63,778 nucleotides of DNA, filler included, from Reticulomyxa filosa (GCA_000512085.1; 19 parts of 19 records of this genome joined end to end with filler, not necessarily neighbours in it), one strand, 5' to 3'. Counted from the first letter of the whole stretch, positions 13,676-27,865 are shown. The notes: generated from the sequence alone by a model not told the origin. Numbers and translations are program-made.

Positions 13676-14558
13676 TGATAATGATAATGAAAAAGAGAAG
13701 GAAATAAGCGAACGTATTCGAATTCGACCAAATCAAGTGCATTTGAAATTGGTGGCGGCAATGCTAAAACATATGTTTCCGGCAATGAACGTGGCGGCGA
13801 TGCGACTGAAACATTGCAAACGTGTGGTGTTTTTTCAATACAACAATGAAAGCAATACGATCGATATGCGACATTACAAAATCTCAGTGGTGCCCGTAGG
13901 CGTCAGTCGTTCTGTTCGACGTCTCATTCAAGACGATAGGTCCATCCCCGACTTGCATCGATTTAAAGACGTATCCGAATATGTCCTTCCTGATCCAAAC
14001 TCACCTCAAATGGCTGGGGCAATGTCAAGTGATAGTGAAATGGAAGACAATGAGCACACTCGTGTTAAATTATCCCAAGATGTATTCGGACATGGCAATA
14101 CCAAGTCGCAATCGAGTGCCATTCGATTACGTGAAATTGGACCCAGACTTGTCCTTGAATTGACCAAGATTGAAGAGCTGATTAATACAGGGAGAGTGTT
14201 GTATCATGCTTTTATTCAAAAAACTCGTGAGGAAATCATGGAGTTGGAAACGAAAAAACAAAAGGAAGTTCAAGTTAAAACACAACGTAAAAAACAACAA
14301 GAAGCCAATGTTCGCAAAAAATTAGTGGAAAAAGCTGAACAAAAAGTACTCAAAAAAGACAAACAAAAAGAGGTCAAATTAACACATTTCTTGAAAGAAT
14401 TCCCAGCCTCTGATAACGCTGAATCCACTGCACAAATTGATGATCCATCGCATCCTTCTTCTTCTTCTTCTTCCAAAACTCCTCTTCCTGCCAAACATAA
14501 AATCAATTTCACTGATAGCTCTTCTCCTCCTTCCAAAAAACCAAAACGAAACAAATAA
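13221..14558 (+). CDS. PPAN: Peter Pan / SSF1 Brix-domain 60S biogenesis protein, 5'-partial
   Basis: ERKSNSLRDF, VRLPEGPTFWFRVKEYS, PPLVVLNGF, MFPAMNV, IDMRHYKI and AIRLREIGPRLVLELTKIEE..TGRVLYH. Confidence 0.92.
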
Positions 14559-15430
14559 AAAGTATACCACACAATTGTTTATCATGTCCTATTTTATTGA
14601 TTTAACAATTTCTTTTAATTGTCATTATCTGCCACTTGTATTTTTTTATAATATCATAACATAAAAAGGTAAACATAACATCTACAAATGTATGCAAATT
14701 GATATCGAAAAAACGAACCACATGTCCAATGGAACAATTTGAATAAATTGATGTTAATAAAGAATAGTTTCTTTTATTATGATAACTTTTTTGCTTGTTG
14801 ATAATTGGCAAAGATAAAAGTTTTAAAACATACAATTTATAAAAGCATGCACAATTTTTTGTAGCAACAGTTTAAAACAAACGAGGAGGGTTAACAATTT
14901 CTTTTCAATCCATGAAACGATTGCAATGCATAAATCTCTGGGAACTTCATTCGAAAGGCACTCTTGTTTTCAACATTGGACAACGAAGCATTGCAAATGC
15001 ACGCTTGACGAAAAAGCCAAAGAAAGTAGAGCACACTAAAAGAGAGAAGACGAAAAAAAGAGAAGAGCCAGACAGTGCACAGGGAACAATAAACGTGAGC
15101 AATCTAACATTTACGAGCATGGACCAGGATATTATGAATGAAGTCGTTGCATTTCGTGGGGAGCATCCGCTGCTACAAAGCCGCCGGCGTTTGAATATGC
15201 GATCGTCACTTCCGGTTCCGAATTTTCCATCTGTTTCTTGTCTATCATTTTTCTGACCTTTTTTTTTTTTTATATATATAATTACTATTACTAAAATTTT
15301 TCTTAAAAAAAAAAAAAAAAAAAAAAAAAANNNNNNNNNNNNNNNNNNNNNNNNNNNNNNNNNNNNNNNNNNNNTTAATTAATTAANNNNNNNNNNNNNN
15401 NNNNNNNNNNNNNNNNNNNNNNNNNNNNNN

Positions 15431-15791
15431 TCGTCGTCGTCGTCGTCGTCACTGTGCTCAGTCGAAGGACTGGGCTTGCACCCGTATTACGGACAGTGGC
15501 ACGATCTGTACGCGCCGACCATTATCAAGGCTATGCAAATGTATGTGCCGGTGCAAGGTACCACGCTGCTCGACCAAGTGCTGGCCACCGGAATCGACAG
15601 GGAAATCTACGACTTTTGGAAGACCTCCTTGAACACTACCAAAGCTTCCAGAAAATTCAAAACCCAGTTTGTCAATCTCTTGGATGATATCGCCATTCGC
15701 GTTTTTGGCCACTACCCTTCCGTCCTTGACTTTACTAAAAGTACTTTGCGTTATTTCAATCCACTTGACAATAGCAATGACAATAATAATG

Positions 15792-15861
<70 letters not shown>

Positions 15862-17825
15862 TAATAATAATAATAACAATAATAATATGGATGGCAAAGT
15901 CAATAAAAGCGGTAATGCAAGCAACAGTAGCATGTTTGGAGAAACATTGAAAAAGAGCTCGAATTCCTCGATAGCAACGACCTCCAAGACACTTGGTGAC
16001 AATGTTGCGAATGTTGTCGTGGATGAGCCTTTTCGGGCCAATGGCAAATATGATCGCCAACTGGTCGTGCAACACGACAAAAGTCGGAAGCACATGGACC
16101 GCTCTTCTCTCGGTCGTGGTCATGACCATGGTCATAGTCATCATAGTCATCATAGTCATGATCATCACAGCCACAAAACGCTAACGAAGCAATACCACGA
16201 GCGCATCACAGTGGTTGGGTCGTTTGCATATGGGCTGGACTTGCCGAGGAGTGACATTGACTGTTGTCTGTTGATGGAAGGCGCCTCCCAGTTCGATCGC
16301 GACAGCTGCATTGTGTGCTTAACCGATCTCGCCAATTACCTGAAGCAAGTGTGGTTATTGCATCCCAAGCTCCGACAAGCAAAGATAGACTTGGTCGAAG
16401 ATTTTGCTACCGCTTCGCGACTTATTAATGGTTTGTCATTTATTCATTTATATATACATATACATATGTACATGTACATGTATACGTATATAATTATAGA
16501 GGCGGGAATATTATTTATATGCATGTTGTTTTTTTTTATTTTTATTTTGCAAAAAAAAAAAAAAAAAAAAAAAAAAGAAAAAGAAATGGGATTAAATGTA
16601 AGAGAGGTAATGTCAATGCAGGAGTGGGAATATAGCCAGAACGGGAATGAGAAGAAAGAAGACAAGGATAGATGGTATTACCAGCTGAACGTGACGACGC
16701 TGTTCAATGCAAAAGTGCCGATAATAAAGTTGTTTGACTCGCAAGCGGAGATATCGTGCGACATTAGCGTGTCGCTATTGGACTATAGTCGGAATGCAAT
16801 GTACTACATCAAGCAGCTCGTGCACAGCTGCAGAGACGTGAGAGCCAGGATGCTGCTGATGTGTATCAAGTACTGGAGCTACCAGCGCAAGATCAATGAC
16901 GCATACCGAGGTTTCATGAACAGCTACGGGTACGTATTGCTCGGAATTAAGTACTTGCAAGTGTTGGAGCCACCACTGCTGCCAGTGTTGTCCACCGAAT
17001 ATAATACCACCACTCGCATTTGTACACGTCGCGATCTTATCACTTCGGCATCGTCGTCATCGTCGTCGTCATCATCTTCCGTATCTCCACTTTCACAGCC
17101 ATCTCCACCATTATTGACAACGTCAGGACAAGGACCTTCTCCATTGGCTCCATCTTCTTCTTCTTCTGCTTCTGCTTCTTCATCTTCTTTGTCCTCATTT
17201 TTTGCTGTCAATGAACCTGTATTTGAAACCATTCGATATGAAGAGGCCTCCAAAAATCGCATGTTTTTGGCCGATTTGCTGTACGGCTTCTTCGACTACT
17301 ACAGCCATTTTGATTTCCATCGCTGTATCATTGACGTGACGGAGGTCGGAATTACTGTGAAAACAACCACGTTCCCATCCTCGACTCTTCCTTTATCTCC
17401 TTCATTCCCCGCCAATACCACTGGCTCTGCCACGACGACCGCTACCAATACTACCGCCGGCGCTGCTAGCGGAGGTGGAGGCATTACCGACGCTAATACT
17501 ATGCTGCCGCCTTTTCGGGAGGACTCTGGACCTATCGAATTCTCATTGCAATCTCCACCTCCTCCTCCTCCTCTTCTGTCCAATACGGCCAATCCTTGGA
17601 TTAATTCGTCATCTGTGCCTCTCAGTCAAATGAATTTTCAAACTTTGGCCATTCAAGACCCTTTTGACGAAGAAAATAATGTCGCCAAAAAATGTCGATC
17701 CTGCCACCTTGCAAATTATTCGGAAGGAAATTGCTCGAGCAAAATATATGCTTATTGCAAAACGGCATTGGAATGAGATCTGCGATAAAAAAGAAGATTG
17801 GGAGGACACAAGGCGATTTGGATAA
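15431..17825 (+). CDS. Cid1/TUTase-like non-canonical poly(A)/poly(U) polymerase, 5'-partial; in-frame intron 16431-16577
   Basis: Pol-beta motif VGSFAYGLDLPRSDID, AKVPIIK..CDIS, IKYWSYQRKINDAYRGFMNSYGYVLL and PAP-associated LLYGFFDYY...IQDPFDEENNVAK. One extra A near 17690 restores NVDPATLQIIRKEIARAK. Confidence 0.88.
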
Positions 17826-18762
17826 TTGTGCCTTTTTTTTTTTAATTGCTGTTGTTATTATCATTGTTATTGTTTTTCTCTCACTTCCCTTGTTCCTGTG
17901 ATATGCACACATATCTTCATGTCTTTGTGTGTTGTTGTCATCCTTTCCCATTATTTTATATATTTTATTTTATTGTTTTTTTTTTTTGTGTAAAAAAAAA
18001 AACCACATAGCTTTTTTTAGTCTTACAAGACATTTCACCTTTGATGTGTATGCGAACACTTAACTTTTTAGAATGGTATGCCTTTTGATTCGCTTCTCCT
18101 AGTCTACAACTATTGTTAAATTCTGTTTGCTTTGTCTTTCGCTTTTTTGTTGTTCTTCTTAGTTGGAAAAATAAAAACAACATTAACATTGGCCTTACTC
18201 CATTGCAGCACTGTCTGCTTTGGGATTGTCTAAAAAAAGAAAAATGACTACTATGAGACGAAAATTCTGGCATATTATTTCACTGTCCAGGTTTCTTTTA
18301 CCTTTTCGGTGTCACTCTACTGTTTTTTCAATTTTTTTGTTATGGTGCTTTTACATAAACAGTGTCTCAAAATATGGCTCTTAAATTCGCTTCGAATATA
18401 GTGACCACTTTTACAACCTTACAATTAAATTGTCGAATCGGCAGCAAAAGATTAAATAATTTGACTTTTGCAACTCTAGAATAATAGTTTTCATGTTTCG
18501 CATTTAAAAATAAACTTTGCGAAATTTATAAACCAGCAATTTTTTTTACCATACCCCTCTTGCTAACACATTAAATAAGATAAACCAATACAACTTACTG
18601 TTATCAACAACAACAAACCGTACAACAAACTTGTTGAAACAGTACCGAAAATGCCAAACCAACAATGCAAAACATCAATGAAAAAAGAAAAAAAAAATAC
18701 GTAAATAATAAAGTGGAGTAGTGAGATCAAATTAAAGTGAAATGACAGCAAATATTCTAATC

Positions 18763-20997
18763 TCAAGTGAAGAGATTGCGAATAGGTGTGGTAATGACAT
18801 TTTTTTCAGATGTTGTACAGTTATTGGTTTTGGTTTTACTGATAATACGTTGTGACAAAGATATAGAGTGGCCAAAAGCTGTTGGCATTTGTGATTGCAA
18901 CATTGAATTAAAAGAAGTACTCATATGATTGCAATGTGTTGGTGGTGTTTTTGTGTGTTGTTGTGGAGTGCTGTAGAATTGCTGCAGCTGCAAATGAGCA
19001 GTATTCAATTGATGCTGCAGATATTCGATCTTTTTTTGGCTTTCTTGAGTGCGATCATCTTCTATGTGCTTGACAAAATCGATTACTTCACTTGCAAGCG
19101 GTCGATACTCAGGTTGTTCATGTAACATTGCCTGTGTTCACAATTGAAAAAATCCAACTTTTTATTGTTTTTCATTCTTATGACAAGAACTGGCTCTGTT
19201 GTTTGTTTCAAATAAAAATCCGACTCAACTCCCACAAGTTGTCGCAACTGTGCGTCGACATTTCCAAATTCAAGAATTCCGTTTCTAATTTGATCCCAAC
19301 CGATTCCATTGGCTGGTATTTTTTTCATTGTTGACATCTCATAAATGGAAGCTCCTAAGGCAAAAATATCAACTTTGTGCAATTGCGAGACATCCGTGGT
19401 CCCTTCTAACAATTCGCGGCACAAATAGCGACGATCACCTTCTTGGATGGAAAACGATTTCACTGTTTGACAAGAGCCATTCTGTGCATTTTCCAAGCAA
19501 TTTATCTTGTTATCGTCAGCATCTGGAGAGTCAACGCCATTTATTTTGAAGTACAAAATTGGGCTCTCTGGCGTATCCGATTTTCGTTTGCTTCGTTTCC
19601 TCGGGTTATATCTGGATGAAATCCTAAACGCTTCTGTTCCAGATTCATCTTCTGAGTCGTTTCTTTCTTTTACATGAAAGCTTATCGTTTCATCTTTTTT
19701 TTTTTTTTTTTTTTTAATGATATGTTAATAAGCTATCTGCCAAAAAATTTGGTAACATTTTTATTTGTTTTCATGTCCCATTGATAAAATAACCTAGAGA
19801 CTGTGCTGTCAATCCCAATTTGTAATCTTCTTCCTCTTCATTTTGTTGGTAATTTGGAGTAATGAGAGGATTGAAAGTATTGTGTTGGAGCAGTCCTACA
19901 GCGATTGTGCTCGTGAGGTCAAAAGATTGATGAGTTTGGACGCACAAGCCGAAATCGGCAAGCTTGAATTGGAAATCGTCTGTTATCAATATGTTTTCTG
20001 GTTTGACGTCCAAATGAACAAATGCTTTCGAGTGCAAAAAATGCAAGGCTTGACCGATATGCAAAGCGATGCGTTTTAGCGTGGACGAGTTTTGCGGAGT
20101 ACCCAAACGTGAGGCCAGTGATCCATTTTTGCACCATTCCATTACCACATATACCGAATCTTTTGTCGTGGACTCCCACATAAAGTAATACTGAATCAGA
20201 TTATGCGCACTTCCTCCCATTCGCGACAACGCACTCATGACATATCCTTCGCGCAGCATGTTTTGTCTGGATGTATTTGAATGACGAAAAGCAGAAATAT
20301 GTTTCACCGCATACAAGCACCCGTCGACACGAGAACGACAGCCATGCACTTTTCCAAAAGAACCTTTTCCTAGCACCTTTTGGGTTGTCAATCCATCGCA
20401 TGAACAAACGCAATGTCACAACACAAAGTCCGTACATACCTCCATGTATACATACTTTTTTTTTTTTTTTTTTGACAAAAATGTTGTTTCTTCTACTCGT
20501 AACTGCCAGTTGTTCAAATTCGAGATGAAAGCGATCATTTGGAACAACACCTTTTGGTTCTGTGTGTTAGCACGTGTTTATTGTGTTTGTTTTTACGTTT
20601 CTTAACCCATTGTTAATATAAAACAAGACAGAACATGAACAAACAATAATTTTTTAAAAAAAAAAGGTAATAAGGGCTCGTAGTTTTGTAAAATCCTTGC
20701 AATTGTTTTGTTTAAGATTAGTCCGCACACAAGCCCCTCTATATTCCAAAAAAAAAAAAAAGAACGGACCTCTCATCGCTTCAAACAAATTAAAAAAAAA
20801 AAAAAAATAGAGCCAAACTCTTGTCACTGTACTGGACTGGCCTTTCTTCCAGCGATAAAAACAGATTGTCAGGACACATTGGTAAATAAGCTGTTGAACA
20901 ACCAACAACAACAACAATAACAAAAAAAGCACTCAGGAGAGAGAGAGAGAGAGTATACATGAAAATCATACTATCTCACCTGCTGGAACCACGGTCG
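18763..20997 (-). CDS. WEE1: Wee1-family protein kinase, 5'-partial; introns include 19132-19229, 19694-19793 and ~20377-20503
   Basis: RFHLEFEQLA|VLGKGSFGKVHGCRSRVDGCLYAVK, HLDVKPENIL, KLADFGL, the Wee1-diagnostic EGDRRYLCRELL, and VDIFALG. Confidence 0.85.
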
Positions 20998-21699
20998 NNN
21001 NNNNNNNNNNNNNNNNNNNNNNNNNNNNNNNNNNNNNNNNNTTAATTAATTAANNNNNNNNNNNNNNNNNNNNNNNNNNNNNNNNNNNNNNNNNNNNTAA
21101 AAGCACAAGAGGTATATTTTATTTTCGTATTTCTATTTTATTACATACAAACAAATTATAAATTACATTAAACAGGACTATTTTAGAAATGAAATTGAGA
21201 AAGCGAAAAAAAATCCAAGCATTGGATGCTAACGAAGATAAAAAAGACAATACTGAGTGAAAAAAAAAAGGAACTTGAAATTTCTAAATAATGAACCAGA
21301 TATGTCTTTTATTCCAAAACAAGTAGTATGCTTCAAATATTCACAAATAAAAAAAATATAGTAACCTTCTTTTAAATACAATTACATGTAAATTGGAAAT
21401 GGAAAGGTAAGCGATAATAATGGCATTTGTATGATTCAAAAACCTGCCGAACGATTGAAAAATTTGGCATTAATAATAATTTTTTTTTCAAATATAAAAA
21501 ATAATCCAACTCTTTTCACTAATTACTGTTCCCATTGGTGTAAAATTGTCGCAGAAAGACCGAAATTAATCGTAAAATAATCCACTCTTTTCAAGTACCA
21601 CCAGGTCCGCGCAATCTCGACTCAATAACTCCTTTTCATTTGCGAGAAAACTCAATTATATGTCACTTTTGAAAATGACTGAAAAACCCAATACATTTA

Positions 21700-21900
21700 T
21701 TCATGTTCAGTTTGATTTGTCTTAGTACATTTTCATTAAAGTCAAATCTTCCTCCAATCAAATGCACACTATTATCTTCATTCAACACTGTTGCATATTC
21801 CAAAATTTTAGCTAATATAGCATTTCGAAACATTTCCCATCTGTTTTAACGAATTTAATACTTGGACATTATACTGGCAAAATTTGTTCTTATTTGGGAA
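21700..21900 (-). pseudogene. Remnant of the Kelch-like family
   Basis: Reverse strand reads YATVLNEDNSVHLIGG, similar to CTAILNEDHE at the end of the 26711 gene. Broken by stops. Confidence 0.4.
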
Positions 21901-22739
21901 AAAAATTGCTATTTTTGTAAATTTTTTTCAACAAAGATCAACTTGAAATTTGAACAAAAATCTTTTTTTTTGAAATGTAAGATAATGCAAATGGAAAAAA
22001 ATAATTAAGAAAATTAAGAAAATAGTTTTTATTACCAATTTTTTTTTTGTCTTTGTCTTAACAGAAAGAATAGTAACAATACATTTGTTTCCTTAAAGTG
22101 CCTCTTTTCTTTCTAGCTTAAGATATATTAACAAATTATCATATCAAAAAAAGTTTTGTTAAAAAAGCTCACCATATTTACAAACATGTTAATGATAGCT
22201 TTGATAATATCCATTTGTTGAATGTATATCTATATAAATTACAAAACCACTCAAATCTCACACATTGACCCGAATAGGTAGCTTATAATATGTGTCAAAG
22301 TCTACTATTATAAATTAATGTTTTTTCCATTTTTGGAAAAAAAAAGGTGGCCGCTTTTCGGCAATATGGAAAATCTTCATATTTTCCATCATTAGCTTTT
22401 CTGCATCATCTTTGAGCTTGCACTTCTAGCATTAAACTGTCTAAGCCTTTATGGTTCAAATAATAATGGGCTTTATAAGAATCGATTGATTCATTTATTT
22501 CACTGAAGTTGTCATGCACTAACATTTGTCCTAGTACATTGATTTGAAGATTAATGCTTTTTTTCAAAAATTTTGGATCTTGTTCTAGTTCCATTGTTTT
22601 AAGCTTGATACAATGGCCACAAAATGGAGATATTTGTTTTAGTTGATCTTTCCCTTCCAAATGGAGGCAGTAATGCTTTAATTCGGAAGAAAGAATTTGT
22701 GTATTTGGCTGATACATCCATTCATGAGCTTACTTGTAA

Positions 22740-22850
22740 TATAAAGTAGGCTGCATAAAAAACTGAACACCTAAAATGCAACTTTATGAAGATTATTGAT
22801 TTTCTCCATGAAAAATCGACATTTAATCCAAATTTTTTTAAAAAAATATC
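22740..22850 (+). repeat. Copy of the dispersed repeat family also found at 32240-32886
   Basis: Shares the exact 20-mer ATTGATTTTCTCCATGAAAA and flanking AGGCTGCA..AAAACTGAAC.CCTAAAATG with 32730-32830. Confidence 0.8.
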
Positions 22851-23250
22851 TTTTATCACAAACTGTATTTTTTTGTCAATAAAAAATTACCATGCAACCA
22901 CTTGTGATTGTCCAATCTTATTAAAACAAACAGCTTAACAAAATTATTTACAATCATCAGATCTTACAACGAATTGTTTTTCACAAAAACATTTCAAACA
23001 AATAACTCATTCTTTACAAAAAAAAAAGAATTTGGCAATAAAAAACATCATATAAAATTGGGATTTTTTAGCCATTATGCACACAATTTTGACGAATACT
23101 ATAAATTGATGAATAGTGAACATTAACTGAATATCCACTGTATCAGAGTTAAGTAACGGGGCGTTTCCCCTTTTGCAAGACTATTTTTTAAAGAAACTTC
23201 TTTTCTTCAGTTTTTGTTTGTTGTTAATTTTGATTACCGTTTGACTGAAG

Positions 23251-23949
23251 ATGGCAAATTTGTTTTCCTTGGCCTTGACCTTTGGCTTGGTCTTTTCTTC
23301 TTTGTCGTCGATGACAGCTGCAAGTCTCCAGTTGACCAATGATTGCAACTACGTGTTCTTCCAGGCCCCTTATTCGGTTGACGTTTGTTGGGAACGACAA
23401 GACTCGACTGGAAAAGAGTCCAGTGTTAAGTTTATTTGTAACACTGAAAAAAACATTACGTTCCAAAAATGGGAAAAAGCAAGTTGCAGTGGATCCCCTT
23501 CCGAAGAAAAGAGCCTTAATGATTTTGCAAATGATAACAATATTCCAACTTCTTCTTTGAAATGGAAATGCGATGGAACCAAATCTGCTGAAGAATGTGG
23601 TGCGTATAGACGTGAGTATAACTTTTCGTCGTCCGCAAAGAGTTGCAAAGATTGGAATGGTTTTTTTGAACTTACGTATGTCCTTAATACTTGCGTTGGC
23701 TATAATTCATCCGGTACGAACGAGAGCATAGCACTTACCTGCGCTAATGACAATATCACATTATTTTTTTTCGATAACTACGACTGCACACCTTCACCGC
23801 TTTCGTACAATGAAAGTCATGGAAGCGTTTGTGGAGGAACGAGTGGTGATTATTACAAAACTGATGTTCGTTGTTCCATTTCTGCTGCTTCCCCTGTTTC
23901 TGTTTCTATTGCTTTGCTTTTCGCCATTATTTCCCTTGTATTTTCATAA
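23251..23949 (+). CDS. Cysteine-rich secreted, probably GPI-anchored surface protein with a two-fold internal repeat
   Basis: Intact 232-aa ORF with a signal peptide, several NxS/T sites and a hydrophobic C-terminus (SAASPVSVSIALLFAIISLVFS). Confidence 0.75.
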   Translation: MANLFSLALTFGLVFSSLSSMTAASLQLTNDCNYVFFQAPYSVDVCWERQDSTGKESSVKFICNTEKNITFQKWEKASCSGSPSEEKSLNDFANDNNIPTSSLKWKCDGTKSAEECGAYRREYNFSSSAKSCKDWNGFFELTYVLNTCVGYNSSGTNESIALTCANDNITLFFFDNYDCTPSPLSYNESHGSVCGGTSGDYYKTDVRCSISAASPVSVSIALLFAIISLVFS

Positions 23950-26710
23950 CTTTTGCTACGACCTTTTTTTTTTTTTTTTTTTGTGGACAAAAGGGTTGGT
24001 CATTTCATAATTTGCTTTTTAGAGTTTTTAACAAGTCCATGATGTGTACGTATGTACAATTTTTTTTTTTTTTTTTTACTTGGTGTGGACATATTTTTAA
24101 AACTCTGTATTTTGACAAATATTTCCTTTTTGATGAACTTGAAAAAATAAATTCACGAAATTTCTTTTTGTATCAACCTACTTCACGATTACCCAAAATA
24201 AAATAAAATAAAATTCTGGTGCAAATTTTTAGTGACCGCTTGTAAACATTAAATTGTCTTGGTGGTCATTTTACACATTAGCTATATTATTTTCATTTTT
24301 TTTTTTTTTCACTCGTGGCTTATGCAAATAGTTCTAATTGACTTTTTTTTATCGTTAATTTTTTTTTTTAGATATTCGCTTGCGATCATACGTTAACGTA
24401 TTCCAAACGCCTAATATGTAAGTAGTGCTAGTGAAAGCCTTTTGAAGAGTGATCTACTTTTTAAAGATTTTTTTTAAAAAGTATACGTATACATATATAC
24501 TGCGCAAATTCTCTAAGAAAGTTCAGAAACAAGAAAATAAGAATGAATTAGTTAAAACGAAAAAAGGAACCAATTAAAACTTTCTTTACAGTTTGCTTTG
24601 AAACAAAAATGTTTAACGAAAAAGAACTGCAATTTGCAATGTGATACGTTTTCTTAAACTCATTAGAAGAAACTACTTTGTTTACATGAAGAGATAAAAT
24701 AATTCAATTATGCAATATAAAACTGGTAAAAGAATTAGACAGCTTCCAAGGACGTTTGGGTTGTGTGCTTGATGGTACATGCATTGTGGATTAAAATAAC
24801 ACATTCAATTTTGATGGATAACAAAATTGTTGCCAAACATGTTAAATTTATTGTATTTTTCAGTCATCAATATATTTGTTCACAGTTTAGTGCACACTAA
24901 CTCTTCATGTTTGAGGTGTTTTGTTAATCGTCCAAATTACTCAATAATCTTATTGGACATCTGACGCTGTGGAATATTGTTTGTGTAATCAACTGATTTG
25001 TCTGAGTTACATGATAGAAAGTTCGTATGAACGCCAAGCCCAACAAACAAATACAATCAATTAATGGGTATTTACACACTGTATCTTGTGTGAATTTTCA
25101 GAAACAAATAAAATTTTTAAAAATATAATGTTTAATTTATTTGAACTACTATTTAAATAAATAAGCATTCTTGAGAGTTATATTCTCTTCCAAATGAACA
25201 TAGAAAAGAAAATTATTGACATTAATTCAAGTAAACTCACTCCAAAGTTAATATAAACATATGATTATGGTAGTATTTTCATCACGTAAACTGTGATAGC
25301 GATGTTGTTTTCTTTTCATGATGGTTAGTAACACTTTTGAAATGTTTGCAGTAATAAATATTGAAATAATTTATTTGTCATCATAAATTTTAAGTTATTA
25401 TATTTTTAGTCACATTTGTGTTAATCTCATGATATGTATTTGGTGAAATAATTATATCGAATTGGATCAAAGAAATGGCTAAAAGAAAACAGGATCCTTA
25501 AAAATTAGATTTGAATTTTTTTGTTAATGACTTTTTTTTTATGAAAGAGGATTGTTTTTCATAATGAACTAAAGGATGTTTTCACAAAAACCTATGGATT
25601 TATTCATTAATATAATTCTACCAATTTTGGAAATTAAGTTTCAATACACTCATTTTTGAAAAAAAAATATAATTACTTCAAGTTTTATTAACATATTATA
25701 TATCAATGAAGTCATTTTGTATTAAAGCCATCCATTACAAAACAAACTGACTGAACAAGCAAAACTTCTTCCCCTTTTCCCTTTTCGAAATTTTCGGAGC
25801 CACAGCATTCCGATGTTGAATAATCCGAAAAAATGCACTAGTTGAAGACATTCACTAATTGATTTGCCCAATAATTTAGTTTTTTATATAAAAAGAAAAG
25901 TTAGCTTCGAAAGATTAGTCTTTACCCTTTCGATTTTCGATCTACTGTAAATTAAAATCTAAATTTAGTTTTTAAATGCTGGCTTAATCTTTTATGTTGC
26001 TTTTTCCCAAAATACGTTATTTTTGAGTCATTGGTTATCTACAGTTAAAACGTTTAAATATAGCTACCGTTTAAAAAATTATGTAAGACTTGTGATTGAA
26101 GTGCGGCCAATAAGTATGATAAAAAAGAAATTGATTGTGCTCAAAGGGTTGAGTGCCCTTTCGTTACTCAAACTTTGTGCTGACGTTGTAATAATGAAAA
26201 TAAACCATTCACCCTTTTTCACAAAAATAATCTCCAGATTTAAAATGAAATAGAAATCAAAGCGAAATTTTACTCGTGCCTTTTTACTTTACAAAAATAT
26301 TATTAAACGTTCACACCCCAAATACGAATTGGGCCATATACTGCACCATAGCATAAATGAACACCAAAATCATTTTCTTGTTGTTTCCTTTCTTTTTCAA
26401 TGATACAATCTAAGACTTGATTTTGCCATCTTCTTCCTTATCTCCTTTGATCATAAACATTTTTTCTTATTTGGTCGAATACTCCAAACAAACACTTTTA
26501 TCAGCTGATCTAGATAATATCATATTTTTAAAACCAATATTTCTATCAAGCAGAAAACGTATTTTATCATTTTGAGGACAAAGAAAAGGAAGTAATGTTA
26601 CCAAAAATTGTATTTATTAAAAAAAGTTTGCGCCTTTTTTTTTGGATCTCTAAGCTTGAAAATTTTACTACATAATTATAATTTCATTATATTTAAAACA
26701 AAAACTAAAG

Positions 26711-27608
26711 ATGAAAAACTTACCTTCATTTCAAACCTTGTCCTCTTTGTCAGACAACTTTTATCAAGCCCAATGTATTGTTCAAAAACACGAGATTCTC
26801 GTCTGTGGACAAGGTGTCTGTTACTCCTATTTTATTCCAGGAAATAAATACAAATTGGTTTGTCAGTACCCAAATGAATATCTGTACGATGGTAATCATA
26901 TACTAAAACTTCCAAATAAAGATGATTCAAAGGAAACTATATTATGGCTACTTGGTGGACCCTATGGACGTATTTCGGTGATGAATTATGTTAGTGTTTG
27001 GAAAAAAAGAGGAATAGATAAAACAGCAGGTTATAATGAATGGAATCCTTTGCTAAACAGTAACAAAGAGCCAATTTGTATCTCCAAAAAAAATTATAAT
27101 TATCGTGAAGTACGTACAGTGATTGGAGGAAGCAATAATCATTTGTTGTTTATTACCTATTATAAATCTATTGATGTGTTTGATTTGAATACCTATAAAT
27201 ATGTTGCTAATGTTTCTTTACCTATAATTAATCGTGTAAATTTTAATTACTTTGGGTCTGAACCAGAGAAACCGTTTGCTGTTGAGATGCTCCCTCCAAT
27301 AAAAAATAAAAAAAGCAAAATGCTATTATTTTATGAAAGCACAGGATTATCTATCGAATATGATGAAGACAATAAATTATTTCAATTTGACAATCTACGA
27401 GTATGTTCAACAGTTAGATCATTATCCCATTATGGGCATGTGCATATAAATGGTGTAATACTGTTTTTTGGTGGAAAAGATGAACTTAATTATATGACTT
27501 CAAGTATACACAAGTATATAATAGACGAAGATAAATGGATACAGTGCGAAGCAACTCTACCCCGTTCATTGTATGGTTGCACTGCAATATTAAATGAAGA
27601 TCATGAAT
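26711..27608 (+). CDS. Kelch-like beta-propeller protein of a lineage-expanded family, 3'-partial
   Basis: Motifs HEILVCG..CYSY, LLGG, VIGGSNNHLLFITY and ILFFGG..IHKY...KW. Paralogous to 33137-34160. Confidence 0.7.
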
Positions 27609-27717
27609 NNNNNNNNNNNNNNNNNNNNNNNNNNNNNNNNNNNNNNNNNNNNTTAATTAATTAANNNNNNNNNNNNNNNNNNNNNNNNNNNNNNNNNNNN
27701 NNNNNNNNTTTTTTTTC

Positions 27718-27753
<36 letters not shown>

Positions 27754-27865
27754 CTCCAGCAAGGGATAGAGATAAGAGGGAGGAGGGGGGAGGGGGGGGG
27801 AGAAATAGTATACGTACTTACGTATTTTTTTTAAAAATTAAAAAAACAATAATAATAATAAAGAA

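Noticed and set aside
13434-16174. Poly-Ile, poly-Leu and poly-Tyr ORFs (also at 277-698, 29716-29982 and 62952-63332)
   Set aside because: They are shadow frames of (AAT)n and (GACAAT)n coding repeats in real genes.
22406-22717. Minus-strand ORF containing SPFCGHCIKLK, a thioredoxin-like CGHC motif
   Set aside because: The rest of the ORF shows no thioredoxin pattern. At best it is a decayed fragment.
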